Source of the DNA: the human T2T-CHM13v2.0 reference genome, Homo sapiens
NCBI RefSeq assembly: GCF_009914755.1
Contig: NC_060930.1
DNA length: 64,000 bases
Strand: one strand, 5' to 3'
This document shows positions 29,502 through 45,720 of this stretch, one piece after another. How positions within the stretch are numbered: the stretch's first letter is position 1; every line of letters starts with the position of its first letter. Made by a program: the position numbers and the translations under genes. The notes under the pieces were generated by a model that saw nothing but the letters and a program-made list of their open reading frames with translations, did not search any database and was not told the origin of the DNA.

Positions 29502-29773
29502 ATTTTTTTTTTTATTTTCTTAAGCCAGAGTCTCACCCTGTGACTCAGGCTGCAGTGCAGTCACATGATCACAGCTCACCGCAGCCTTGGCCTCCGGAGT
29601 AGCTGGAAATACAGGTGCTTGCCACCATGCCAAGCTAATTTTTTGTATTTTTTTGTAGAGAGAGGGTTTTACCCTTTTGCCAAGGCTGTTCTCGAACTCC
29701 CAGGCTCAAGCAATCTACCCACTTTGGCTTCCCTAAGTCCTGGGATTACAGGCATGGGCCACTGCACCTGGCC
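29502..29773 (-). mobile_element. AluJ with an internal deletion
   Basis: Diverged antisense dimer 140 nt from the CH2 exon donor. Confidence 0.88.
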
Positions 29774-29915
29774 AATTTTTTATTTTAATTTTTCTGTATT
29801 TTCTAATTTTTTGCCATGCTTTTGCTTCTATAATAATAAAAGATAATTTTAAAATTCAGAGATGAAAGAAATGTGTCTTACAGTTGTATAAGGAAAAAAT
29901 ACACAAATTCCATAC

Positions 29916-30082
29916 CTGTATTTATGAATGATGGCATTAAATAATTTTCCATCTCTCCAGCAGGTAGTGAAATTTTCACACCGAATTCCAGCATAACCCT
30001 CTGTTGCCTGCTGCGTCCAGAGTAGCAATCTCTCTTTTGCAGACATATCCTCTGACTCTCCAGTAACATGGATATCAGATAT
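29916..30082 (-). CDS. DST: Dystonin coding exon, start of CH2 ([56 protein letters not shown])
   Basis: 167 nt, phase 0/2. Acceptor ctAG, donor GTATG. CH2 motif NFTTCWRDG. Confidence 0.98.
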
Positions 30083-32177
30083 CTAGATATAACAGAAAGT
30101 GTTAAACCTTTAGGAAGGAAGGAAGCTAACTCAGATTAAGAACCTACTATGTGCCAAGCACTTTCCAAAATCTAAGATTAGGATAATAACAATTCCCGCT
30201 TCATGAGATTGTTAAGAGATTTGAATGAGATAACATGTGTACAGCACTTAAGAGAATGTGCCACATGTAGAAAGTTATCAAACCATTAGCTATTCTATAT
30301 AATTATTTTTATTTAGCCCTCATACCTCTCCCTTATAAATTTTCCCCATTTTACATATAGGAAATAAATAAATTTTATCCATTTTACATATAGGAAATCT
30401 GAGTTTCAAAGAGGTTAACAACAGATTGAAAAAGTCAGATTTAACTCATTTGTGTCCAATTTAAAAGCATTTATTCTCTTTTTACTAAACCAAAACTCTA
30501 CAGTATTGAAAATTCTACGTTCTTCTTTCCTAATCAGATTTGTTAATACAACTTAAGGAGGTGTTTTCCAAGTTCAAGTAGATCAGAGGTAAAACCTATA
30601 AATTACTCTATACTACCACCTGCAGAGCAGAATTTGATCCAACAGGTATTCTGTGTAAAGAACAATGAAAGAAATAGTATTCTCTCCTATATAACAATTT
30701 GGCCAGAAGTTCTAATTTTCTCATGAGTCCTTGCTTGGCTTGCTCAACCTGAAACCTTTATCAACTGATTTTTTTCTCCTGTATTTTGTTTTCATGAAGT
30801 TTTCTAAAAGTCTCTTCCACTGAATAATGATAAAACAAGTCACAAGTTTCCATGATTTACATTCTCCCAAAAGCATCTCTTTGATAAGGGTCCTACTTAA
30901 TCTGCTGATAATTATATTAAGGCACAAAGTGACTTTACCAGGGGTCACACAGTAATTCCAAAGCTGAGATTAACACCACCAACAACTGTTCCCTCAATCA
31001 GTGCAAGACGCAAAGCCAAGGGATCAACAAGACAGGCTGCACGCCAGAATCAGAATGAGCAAGTCAGAGATGGGAAGCAAGGCATATGAAGAACAAATCA
31101 TTCTGTCACAGGGAAAATATCACTTGACCAGAGTCATGAGACAGGCTTCTAGACCTGGTTCCTAGTCTCATAGGTTTGAATAATTCATTTCATGTTTGTA
31201 AGTCAACTTCCTTATCTATAAAATGAGGAGGAGGCAGAAGCAGATAACGTTTAGGACCCTTTTCAGTCTAAAGTTTTACTAACAGACTATAAACACAACA
31301 CAGAAGGTCACAATAGGCAGAGTCAAGCAACTGAAAGTAGAGAATTAAAAAAAAACTCCAAAGAAAACCTGTTACATGTGGTAGTGCCAGGCTCAGACAG
31401 GAAGCCCTTTATTCCTCCCAGCTGCCACAGAGCCAGAGGCACAGCCAATCCAGGGACCCGGGGCAGGAAGGCTGTGGCAGTGAAAGCCCTTGCCAGGCCT
31501 CGCAGCCCCTGACTTCACTTGTTGGAAATGATGGGGGGCCTCACACACTCCTTCTCCAGTGTTCAGCAGAGGCTGCCATGCCCCATGGAGCTTCACTCTC
31601 AGCCATAGTCTGAGACACTCTGCTTGACAAATGGTCAGGATTTAAAAGCGGAACAAACTGTCTCAATTTTAATAATCTTTGCCAGGAATCTGTGCCAAAC
31701 TCCAGAGCATGGAAAAGAACTCTGCACATGAACACATCATATAGTACACATAGAAGAAATTTCTTTTTTTTTTATGTGACAAAAAACAGCATAAAATTTA
31801 CCAATATTCTTTGGCCCAAGTTCCAATGATATTCTGGTCCAAAATTATGCTACAGTACCTTTCTGGCACATCCCAAGAGTTTAAGTCCCATGTCCACCAT
31901 TTACATGCTCAAGTTACTTAACTGCTTTAAGCCCATTCCCTTACTTGTAAAATGATGATGATAATTATACCATGTTGTGAGAATTCAACAACATTAGCAC
32001 AGTGTAATGCCTGGCCCATAGTCCGCAAATGCATAATACAGATGAGCTATGTTATTGTTGTAGTTATTGTTATTCTTTCTGAAAAAGGGAGAAGTAAAAC
32101 CTTGACTTTATTATTTTCTTAACTCTCTTCCCCATAGAGAGGAATAAAAGAATAAGTTTTTTAAATTTGCTGCCTTA

Positions 32178-32574
<397 letters not shown>

Positions 32575-33504
32575 GTTGAGCCTCTTGGTCTCTATAACCC
32601 TTTAAAAATTATAAAATCAACTGTTTTGGGGAACCCTTACAATTCAAGAGCCACCTAGATAGTATGTATAATGACAGATAGAAATGGTAGATAGCTGGGG
32701 TTGTGTGGGACTGTTTTCTGCTAATTCCATGCCAGTCAGTTACAAAAGCATTACCTGTTAACTAGGGAAGTCAGTAAAGTTCAACTACAAGATACCAGCT
32801 TAACAGGTTCAAGTGCTACACAGTTTTACCAGAGGAAGGATGTTAAAGGAGTTTAGAGGTCTGAAAATAGCCTAAATGTCAAGAGAAAATAATGTATTCT
32901 TGTTAAATAAGTTTCCAATAGATGAATTTCAGATTGTTACAAATACAATTTCAGACTGTTATACATACACACACTATTAAAAAGCGATAATTTTAAAATG
33001 CATATTCCAAGGTATATTCATATAATTTTACAATGCATATGCAAATGTTATGAACCAAGCTTTAAAATATCAAAGATTAAGCCAAGTTCCAGACTCCACT
33101 AGGCCCACAAGCAGGGCAGGTGAATTCTAACTCCTCCATTTTCAGCTTTTCCTGCTACTTCCAATAAACTGAACATCATCCTCTTATAGCAATTTAAGGT
33201 ATTTTTTAAAATACTGTTACCATTAGCCACTAGTATATCAGACTTTTCATGATACTATGCAACCAAAATTAAAATAAAAAATAAGTTAAATGCTAAAAAT
33301 TGTTTAAGTCTTCAGTTGTCATTCATAATCCCTGATCTGAAATCTGTGTGTTCAGCAGAACAGCCTGAATCTTCCACCAATGACAGGTTAATGGTTTCAC
33401 ATTCAGGTCAGATTCTAGAAAGTAATCAAGCTACCTCCCTTCAAAACCCGGAGGCAATGTAGTGATAATCAGAGAGGGTTTCAATTCATGCTGCCTCAGT
33501 TTAA

Positions 33505-33871
<367 letters not shown>

Positions 33872-34846
33872 TCACTTTCTTCATCTTTAAAACTTACATA
33901 ATAACAACAACCTATCCAAAACAGAAATCAAGAAAGCAATCCCATTAACAATAGCTTAAAAAAAAGACTTAGTAATAAATTTAACCAAGGAGATAAAAGA
34001 CCTTTATACTGAAAACACTGATGAAAGAAATTAGTCATGAATAAATGGATAGATATCCCATGTTCATTCATGAATTTGAAGAATTAACACTGTTAAAATG
34101 TCCATACTAGCCAAAGCAATCTACAGATTCAATGCAATCCCTATCAAAATTCTCATGACACTTCGCACAGAAATAGAAGAAACAATCCTTCAATTTGAAT
34201 GGAACCACAAAAGACCCCAAATAGTCAAAGCAATCTTGAGCAAAATGAACAAACCTGGAAGCGTCACACTCCACCTGACTTCAAAATATACTACAAATCT
34301 ATAGTAATAAAAACAGCATGGTACTGACACGAAAACAGACAGACCAGTGGAACAACAGAGAGCCCAGAAATAAACCATGCATTTATGGTCAATTGATATT
34401 TGACAAAGATGCCAATAACACACAATGGAGAAAGAACAGTCTCTTCAATAAATGATGTCTGAAAAACTGGATATCCACATAAAGAAGAATGATATTAGAC
34501 CCTTATCTCACACCATATACAAAAATCAACTCAAACTGGATTAAAGACTTACACGTAAGACCTAATATTATAAAGCTACTAAAGAAAATGTAAGGAAAAG
34601 TTTCTTGACTTTGGACTGGGCAATGATTTTTTGGATATGACTCCAAAAGCACAAGTAAGAAAAGCAAAGACAGAAAAATGAGATTACAGCAAATGAAAAA
34701 GCTTCTGCACAGCCAAAGAAACAATAAACAAAGAAACACATTACAGAATGGGAGAAAATATGTGCAAACCATTCATCTTATAACGAGTTAATATCCAAAA
34801 TATATAAGGAACTAAAACAACTCGGTAATAAGAAAACAAAAAACTT

Positions 34847-35191
<345 letters not shown>

Positions 35192-35282
35192 TCAAAACAA
35201 GGCATACAAATGGCCAACAGGTATATGAAAAAATGATCAATATCACTAAGCAGCGAAGAAATGCAAATTAAAACCACAATGA

Positions 35283-35641
<359 letters not shown>

Positions 35642-36453
35642 TGATAGCAAGTTTTGTTAAGAATGTGGAGAATAGGGAACTTTTGCACTGTTGGTGGGAA
35701 TGTAAGTTAGTAAAACCATTATGGAAAACAGTATAGAGGTGCCCAAAAAATTAAAAATAGAACTACCATATAATCCAGCAATCCCATTACTGGGATTATT
35801 ACTTGGATATATATCCAAGGGAAATCTGTATGTCAAAGATATACACTCCCATGTATAATGCAGCATTATTCACAATGGCCAAGGTAAGGAATCAATCTAG
35901 GTGTCCATCAACTGAAGAATGAATTTTAAAAATGTGATATATACAAACAATACAGTACTGATCAGCCTTAAAAAAAAAAAAAGGAGGAAATGTAGTTATT
36001 AACAACAACATGGATGAAACTGGAGGGAATGTTAAGCAAAATAAATCAGGCACATAAAGACAAATATTGAATGATCTCACTTATATGTAGAATCTAAAAA
36101 AGTTGAACTCATAGAAGTGGGGAGAGTAGAACGGTGGTTACCAGAGGCTGCGGGGTGGTTGGGGTGGAAGTGATTGGGGCGATATCGGTCAAAGGATGCA
36201 AAATTTCAGTTAAGAGGAATAAATTTCTCTTACACAACATAGTGACTATAGTTAGTAACGATGTACTGCATTCTTTAAAATTTCTAAAAGAGTAGATTTT
36301 AAGTGTTTTCACCTGAAAAATGTAAGTACTGAAGTAATGTATATGTTAATTACTTGAATTTCATAAGATGTTGTACATGATAAATATATGTAATTTTTAT
36401 TTGTCAATTTAAAAAAACTTAAATATAATAACATCCTCCTTTGGTGGTTCTAA

Positions 36454-36883
<430 letters not shown>

Positions 36884-37708
36884 CCACCATAATTTTATTA
36901 TCTGCAGTAGTATTGCTTCCTAAAGCTTTTCACCAATCTGTCAGGTAGCACCAAAACAAACAAAATACTTTATACCAGAGTTCCTTTCAGAAACTTGAAG
37001 CCTTCATGCCTCACATCCTGGTCATTGCTGGCTACTGCCCAAATTCAAGTTCTTCCTGTCACTGAGCCTCTCCTGCCCATATTTGATCTGGGCTTTATCT
37101 CTCCTGACCCAGCTTGCTACCATTCCCAAACTTCCAAAAATATCTACCCCATGGTAAACAAAGTCTCATGTCTTCAATACCTTAAACTGCTTTTATCTTT
37201 TTACTGAACCCCAAGTATCCCCCATGGCAATAACTAAAATTCAGCCAAGTCCCAGACTCCACTAGGCCCACAGGCGGGGCAGGTGAATTCTAACTCCTCC
37301 AGTGATGCAAAACCAGTGGTTTTCAAATCATTACCTGTAAGTACAAAAAAAATCATTTTTACATTGTAGGCCAGTCTTGCTCTCTGGCTCTCCTCCTTCC
37401 TCTCCTTAAACACGATGCTCGCATCCCTCAAAGATGTGGCACCTGGCCGTGTGCCTGGACACCCAAATGCCATCTCCACGTAGCACCCACCATCAGTGCT
37501 TTGTTTCTTCATTTCAGCCAGTCATACACCTACATCCTGGATCTCATCATCTTGAACCAGAACTAGTCTACCTCAGGTATTTAACTTCTAAAAGTAGTTT
37601 CCTATTCTTCCAGCACTTTCCTTTGCTAATTCTAGCTAAACCAATTATCTGGCTTCATCAACATCTCACATTCCTTGACATGCCCAATTTTCTTCCTATC
37701 TATGAACG

Positions 37709-37851
37709 GTAGAGGAAGAAACATAATTTTTTCTTCAACTCTCATAAATTCTTAATTGGAACAGATCCCTGTAACAAAAGATAGATTAACTAGAGAAAAA
37801 CGAAGAGTAGTTTATTATTATAATATGTATATTTCATATATACTTGGGGGA
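37709..37851 (-). mobile_element. Inverted 3' fragment of the same LTR family
   Basis: The reverse complement aligns to about 38275-38400. Confidence 0.75.
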
Positions 37852-37861
37852 CAGGGTGGGC

Positions 37862-38401
37862 TGTGGGAGACCAGAAGATGCCATGTCAAAATAAAAGCTT
37901 GTTGAGCTAAAGGCAATTAAGTAGCAGCAGATGCAGGAAAGCTCTCTACTCTCCATTTGCCTAAAAGCAGGACACAGATTTACAAAGACAAAAGGTATCC
38001 TGTCCCCCTCTACCAGAGAGAAAAACATTAACCAATAAAGATAACTTTAGACTGTTATGGGCCTGGAGATGGGACCAAAATTATCTACATGAACAAGCTT
38101 TACTAACGGGCCTTTGTCTGCCATTTCTTTCCCTTCCCACAAATTGCTGCCGCCAGAGACTCAAAGTTTTTTTCTTTTCTCTTGTCATTTCTCTAAAAAT
38201 GTACTGCCCTTTGTTGAAGACACTATATAAAATGGAATTCAAAGCTGCCTCTGAGAACTGCTCATTCCCTGGGCTCTCCCATGTATGTATGAAACATACA
38301 TGTTAATAAACTGTCTTTCTCTTATCAATCTGTCTTTTGTTGTAGGCATCCATTCCAGCTAACTTACGAGGGTTGAAGAAAATTATTTTTCTTCCTCTAC
38401 A
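37862..38401 (+). mobile_element. ERV1-class LTR (MER34-like)
   Basis: TG...CA termini (TGTGGGAGACCAGAA...TTCCTCTACA), TATATAAAA near 38224, AATAAA near 38305. Subfamily assigned from memory. Confidence 0.75.
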
Positions 38402-41025
<2,624 letters not shown>

Positions 41026-41387
41026 CAAATGACTTTATGATTGAGTTGGACACCTTGAAAATCTGCATTAATTCATTAAGGAGACCAGGATTCTCTTGGT
41101 CACTTCTGCTTTATCATATATTTCAAGGTCCCACTGGGGAGAAGAGGCTTTATTACCTACAGTGGACATGCAGCCCCCAACCAATCCACCTATGAAAATG
41201 TCACTAAGCCAAATGGGTTTTGTTTGCTTATTATTTACAAAATACAAAACACATGTCTGACAACATTTTTCAAAAAACCTATTTTGGCACTATGTAAAAA
41301 TAACCAAAACCTAGTGTTTGTCCTACAAGTTCAAAGAGAGTGTAACGGGGAGGTCAACATGCCTACATAAAACATCTTATGTCATAA

Positions 41388-41633
<246 letters not shown>

Positions 41634-42302
41634 TAAGTAAGCTCAAAAACTGACATAAAAATATTGAAAACTAAGCTCAGCCTAAAAAACATCACTACCA
41701 ACAACCAAAAAACCCTCACACTCTTTCTTACATCTGCTTTTCTTTTTCCGTCATTACCTCTACTCTTACACACAACACTGATACTTTACCCCATGTTTTC
41801 CCTTCTCCCTCTGGAGAGAGCTGAGACAACAGTCAATGACTGAAACACCAATAACTGGAACTAAAAGAAGGTGCAGAGGATTGCGGTTGAGAATCTGCAA
41901 GGAGGGAATTTGGACAGGCAAAGTTCAAACCAAAGAAGAAGGCTTGACCCCATTTCACATAGTTCCAACAGTGCTGTCACCAGACATATGCCTGCTCATG
42001 GTCAGTCAGAGATGTAAAACAACGTAAGTTTTGTTTCACTGTGCAAGTCTGACCAAGTGCCTCATGGAGCATGGTCAGGCAATGTGAGCCACAGTCTCAA
42101 AAAACAGCTGAAAAGGACATAATAAATATGAGAGACCAAGCAGAATATGTTGCTCTGCAGTCTGGGAACCAAAGCAACCAGTGCTGGAACTCTCAAATGA
42201 TAAAAGGATGAGTTAACCCAACTCTTCTGAATCTGCCTTATGTTTGTTGGCTCATTCTACAAAACACTCAACTGTTAGTTTCTCATGCCCCTAAGGAAGA
42301 TA

Positions 42303-42370
42303 TTAAGTTAGTACAAAAGTATTTGCAGTTCTTGCCATTACTTTTAATGGCAATTTATTCACACACCTAA
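42303..42370. mobile_element. MADE1 (Hsmar1-derived MITE), internally deleted
   Basis: TTAAGTTAGTACAAAAGTATTTGCAGTTCTTGCCATTACTTTTAATGGCAA...ACCTAA with TA dinucleotides on both sides. Confidence 0.8.
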
Positions 42371-43812
42371 TAATATGGATATATTAACTGTTCTAAGATT
42401 GATTTCTGTAGGAAGAAGGGGGTCTTATATCCCCATTTTCTCTCTTCCCACTATCAACTTGAGTCAAGGCAACTATTATCTCTAGTCTAGATTGTTACCA
42501 CTAGTCTGGAATGTCAATACCAACAACATGTTTTGAAACACATTCGTGATACACCTCGAATAATATTGGGCTTCTACCTTCTTCTGGAACTAAGCCTCCG
42601 TGTCTGGATTAGTAACAGCCTCCTAACTAGTCTTGCTGTACCAAATATTATTGTACTCTCATTCCCAAAATGGTGTGTTCTTTACTGTGCCAGTGCGGTA
42701 ATCCAGATTCAAGCAATTCTCCTCTTCTCTCCTATGATCAAATCACATTAATATCAAGTTATATGAACCATATGTTTCCTCTCTCCTACGGTAGTTTGTT
42801 CAAGCTACTTCTACCCTTGGAACATTCTCCCCATACTCAACGTGACATGGCACGTATCAGGTGCTCAATAACTCTCTACTGAATAAATGGAGAGCAGGAG
42901 ACTCAAGAGAGCAGCAACAAAGGAAGTATTAAAGACAGAAAAAGTATGAAAGATCAGAAACACACGTCTCCTGCTTTCATTTTGTATGAATGAGTTTTAA
43001 CCCTGCCATGTAAACTTTGTCATTTCAGAAAATCAAAAGGTTTCCAATTAACCTCACTTTCCGATAATAACAGAACGCCCTTACCAATGCACAAAAGTGT
43101 CCAATGGGGAACACAAGCCTCGAGACCACTCAATGAGAACCTAGTGTCAAGCAAGAAAGCTAAGCTTCATCTGAATCACTTATCTAAAAAAATTTCATGA
43201 ACTTTACATCGTATATAGCTTCAAAATGTCTTTTCAATAAAAGAAAACAAGCCAACCTATCTCATCTTATAGCACACTGATTTCATTCACAGCTTATTAC
43301 TAAATGACCCACTTACTGCTAAATGAATTGCAACAGCCTCACCCATGTTAGTCAGCTGAATCTGTAAACATGAAAGTCCTATGAGCAAAGTCAATGCCAC
43401 CAGACAACTGGGCAACAGAAGCACCCTATTTTTACAGATGCTGTCATGGTTATGGCATGCACTGAGTACACAGGAACTGCCAACTCCAAAGTTGACTTAG
43501 ATATTCCCTGAAAGCTTATTCACTTTTTCAAAAAGTATGTATTTTATTATTCCATACAAAGAAAATAATGCAATTTTTATTTTTAAACATTTTTAAATAA
43601 CTGTATAATTTAAAGTGTTATCAAATAATCTAAATAATTTATGTCAATAGTAGAAAAAGCAACATCTCTGAAGTTAAGAAAACAGAGATATTTAACTTAA
43701 AGAAAGTTATATAATGAAGATTAAGAAATCATGGGGATTCAAACTGAAGGAAAGCAGAGATATTTGGCGGATGCCCTCCTCTCACTACTGAACAAGCTTA
43801 GACTAAAAGAGG

Positions 43813-43820
43813 TGACGTCA
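43813..43820. promoter_or_regulatory. Full palindromic CRE TGACGTCA
   Basis: Exact 8-mer with an intact CpG in an otherwise CpG-poor intron. Confidence 0.35.
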
Positions 43821-44412
43821 TTTGCGTAGGGTCTCACAGCATGCTAGCAGGAGACCTAGGGTATGGGCCCAGGTCTCCTACACTCTGGTACAGAATTTAC
43901 AAGAGAATGGCATTTCTCCTTCATGTTTAGAAAAGAAATCTATCCTTACAAGTCAGACTAATTTTTCTTCTGTTTCAGCAGCCACAGTAATCCAGCTTCC
44001 TCTCAGTGCACCTACTGCCAGGAAAATGGCTGCACATAGATAGGTCATGAAAGGGAATCCCTTGGCTTTGCCTCACTCCTAAAGGCAGACCCTTTTCACT
44101 GGAGCTTCTCGGCTTCTATACTGGCAAAGGAGCTGATGCACAGAACACTACACATTTTCAGAGGAAGATACCGTCCTGGATCTCTCACATGAACTGGATG
44201 TCAGGGTCCATAAAAATTTTCCTCACGAGACCAGTTGTACCTCCTTAACCAACAGCCCCCACCCACCCCCCCACCCCACACAGAAGAGCAGATTTGCCTC
44301 TGGCATTATGTTCTCTTCCTCTCTCATATCAGAGTTACTCTCAATAACGCTTTTGAAATGTATCTGTACTAGTGAAGTGTAAATAACCAAAATGAGCTTC
44401 AAAAATTGGTTC

Positions 44413-45720
44413 CAGACCTAAGTAAACTAAAGAGCTTCTGCACAGCCAAAGAAACTATCAACAGAGTAAACAGACAACCTACTTTTAACCTGGAATAAAT
44501 ATTTGCAGACTATGCATCTGAAAAAGAACTAATACCCAGAATCTATAAGGACCTTAAACAAATCAACAAGGAAAAAACACATGACACTTCTGTTCATGTC
44601 CATTGCCTGCTTTTTAATGATGTTGATACTTCGCAAAAGAAGTCATACAAGCGGCCAACAAACATATGAAAAAATGCTCAATATCACCGATCATTAAAGA
44701 GATGTAAATCAGAACCACAATGAGATACCATCTCACACCAGTCAGAATGGTCATTATTAAAAAGTCAAGGCTGGGTGGCTTATGCCTGTAATCCCAGCAC
44801 TTAGGGAGGGCAAGGCAGGTGGATCACCTGAGGTCAGGGGCTGGAGAACAGCCTGGCCAACACGGTGAAACCTCGTCTCTACTAAAAACACAAAAATTAG
44901 CCAGGCGTGGTGGTGGATGTCTGTAATCCCAGCTACTCGTGAGGCTGAGGCAGGAGAATCACTTGAAGAGCAGAGATCACGCCACTGAATTCTAGCCTGG
45001 GCAACAGAGTGAGACTCTGTCTCAAAAAAAATAAAAATCAAAATTAAAAAAAATTCAAAAAAGTAACACAGGTTGGTGCGGTTGCAGAGAAAAAGGGATG
45101 CTTATACACTGTTAGTGGAAATGCAAATAGTTCAGCCCCTGTGGAATGCAGTTTGGAGATTTCTCAAAGGACTAAAAGCAGAACTATCATTCAACCCAGT
45201 AGTCCCATTACTGGGTATATAACCAAATGAAAATAAATCATTCTTCTAAAAAGACATCTGCACTCGTATGTTTATCACAGCACTAGTCACAATAGCAAAG
45301 ACATGGGAATCAACCTAGGTGTCTGTCAACAATGGACTGGATAAAGAAAATGTGCTACATACAGCCATACCTTAGAATACTACACAGCCATAAAATGAAA
45401 AAGCAAAATCATGTCCTTTGCAAAAACACGGATGCAGCTGGAAGCCATTACACTAAGTGAATTAACACAGGAACAGAATACCAAAAACCACATTTTCTGA
45501 CTTATCAGTGACAGCTAAACATTGAGTACACACAGATACAGAGACGGAACAATAAACACTGGGTATTCCAAAAGTGGGGATCATAAGAGTGGGAGAAGGG
45601 TTGAAAAACTACCTATCAAGTATTACATGACAGGATCATTGGAAGCTCTAACCTCAGGATCATGCAATATACCCATGTAGCAAACCTGCACATGTACCCA
45701 CTGAATCTTAAATATTTTTT
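44413..45720 (+). mobile_element. L1 (L1PB or old L1PA-like) 3' portion with an inserted Alu
   Basis: AAACTAAAGAGCTTCTGCACAGC...AAACCTGCACATGTACCC. Approximate TSD AA(A/T)TGGTTCC at about 44402 and 45722. Confidence 0.88.
44769..45062 (+). mobile_element. Alu with small deletions, inserted in L1
   Basis: Dimer lacking part of the right arm. Confidence 0.9.

Noticed and set aside
34098-34772. ORFs resembling L1 ORF2 and its antisense
   Set aside because: Frameshifted fragments of a dead, 5'-truncated L1.
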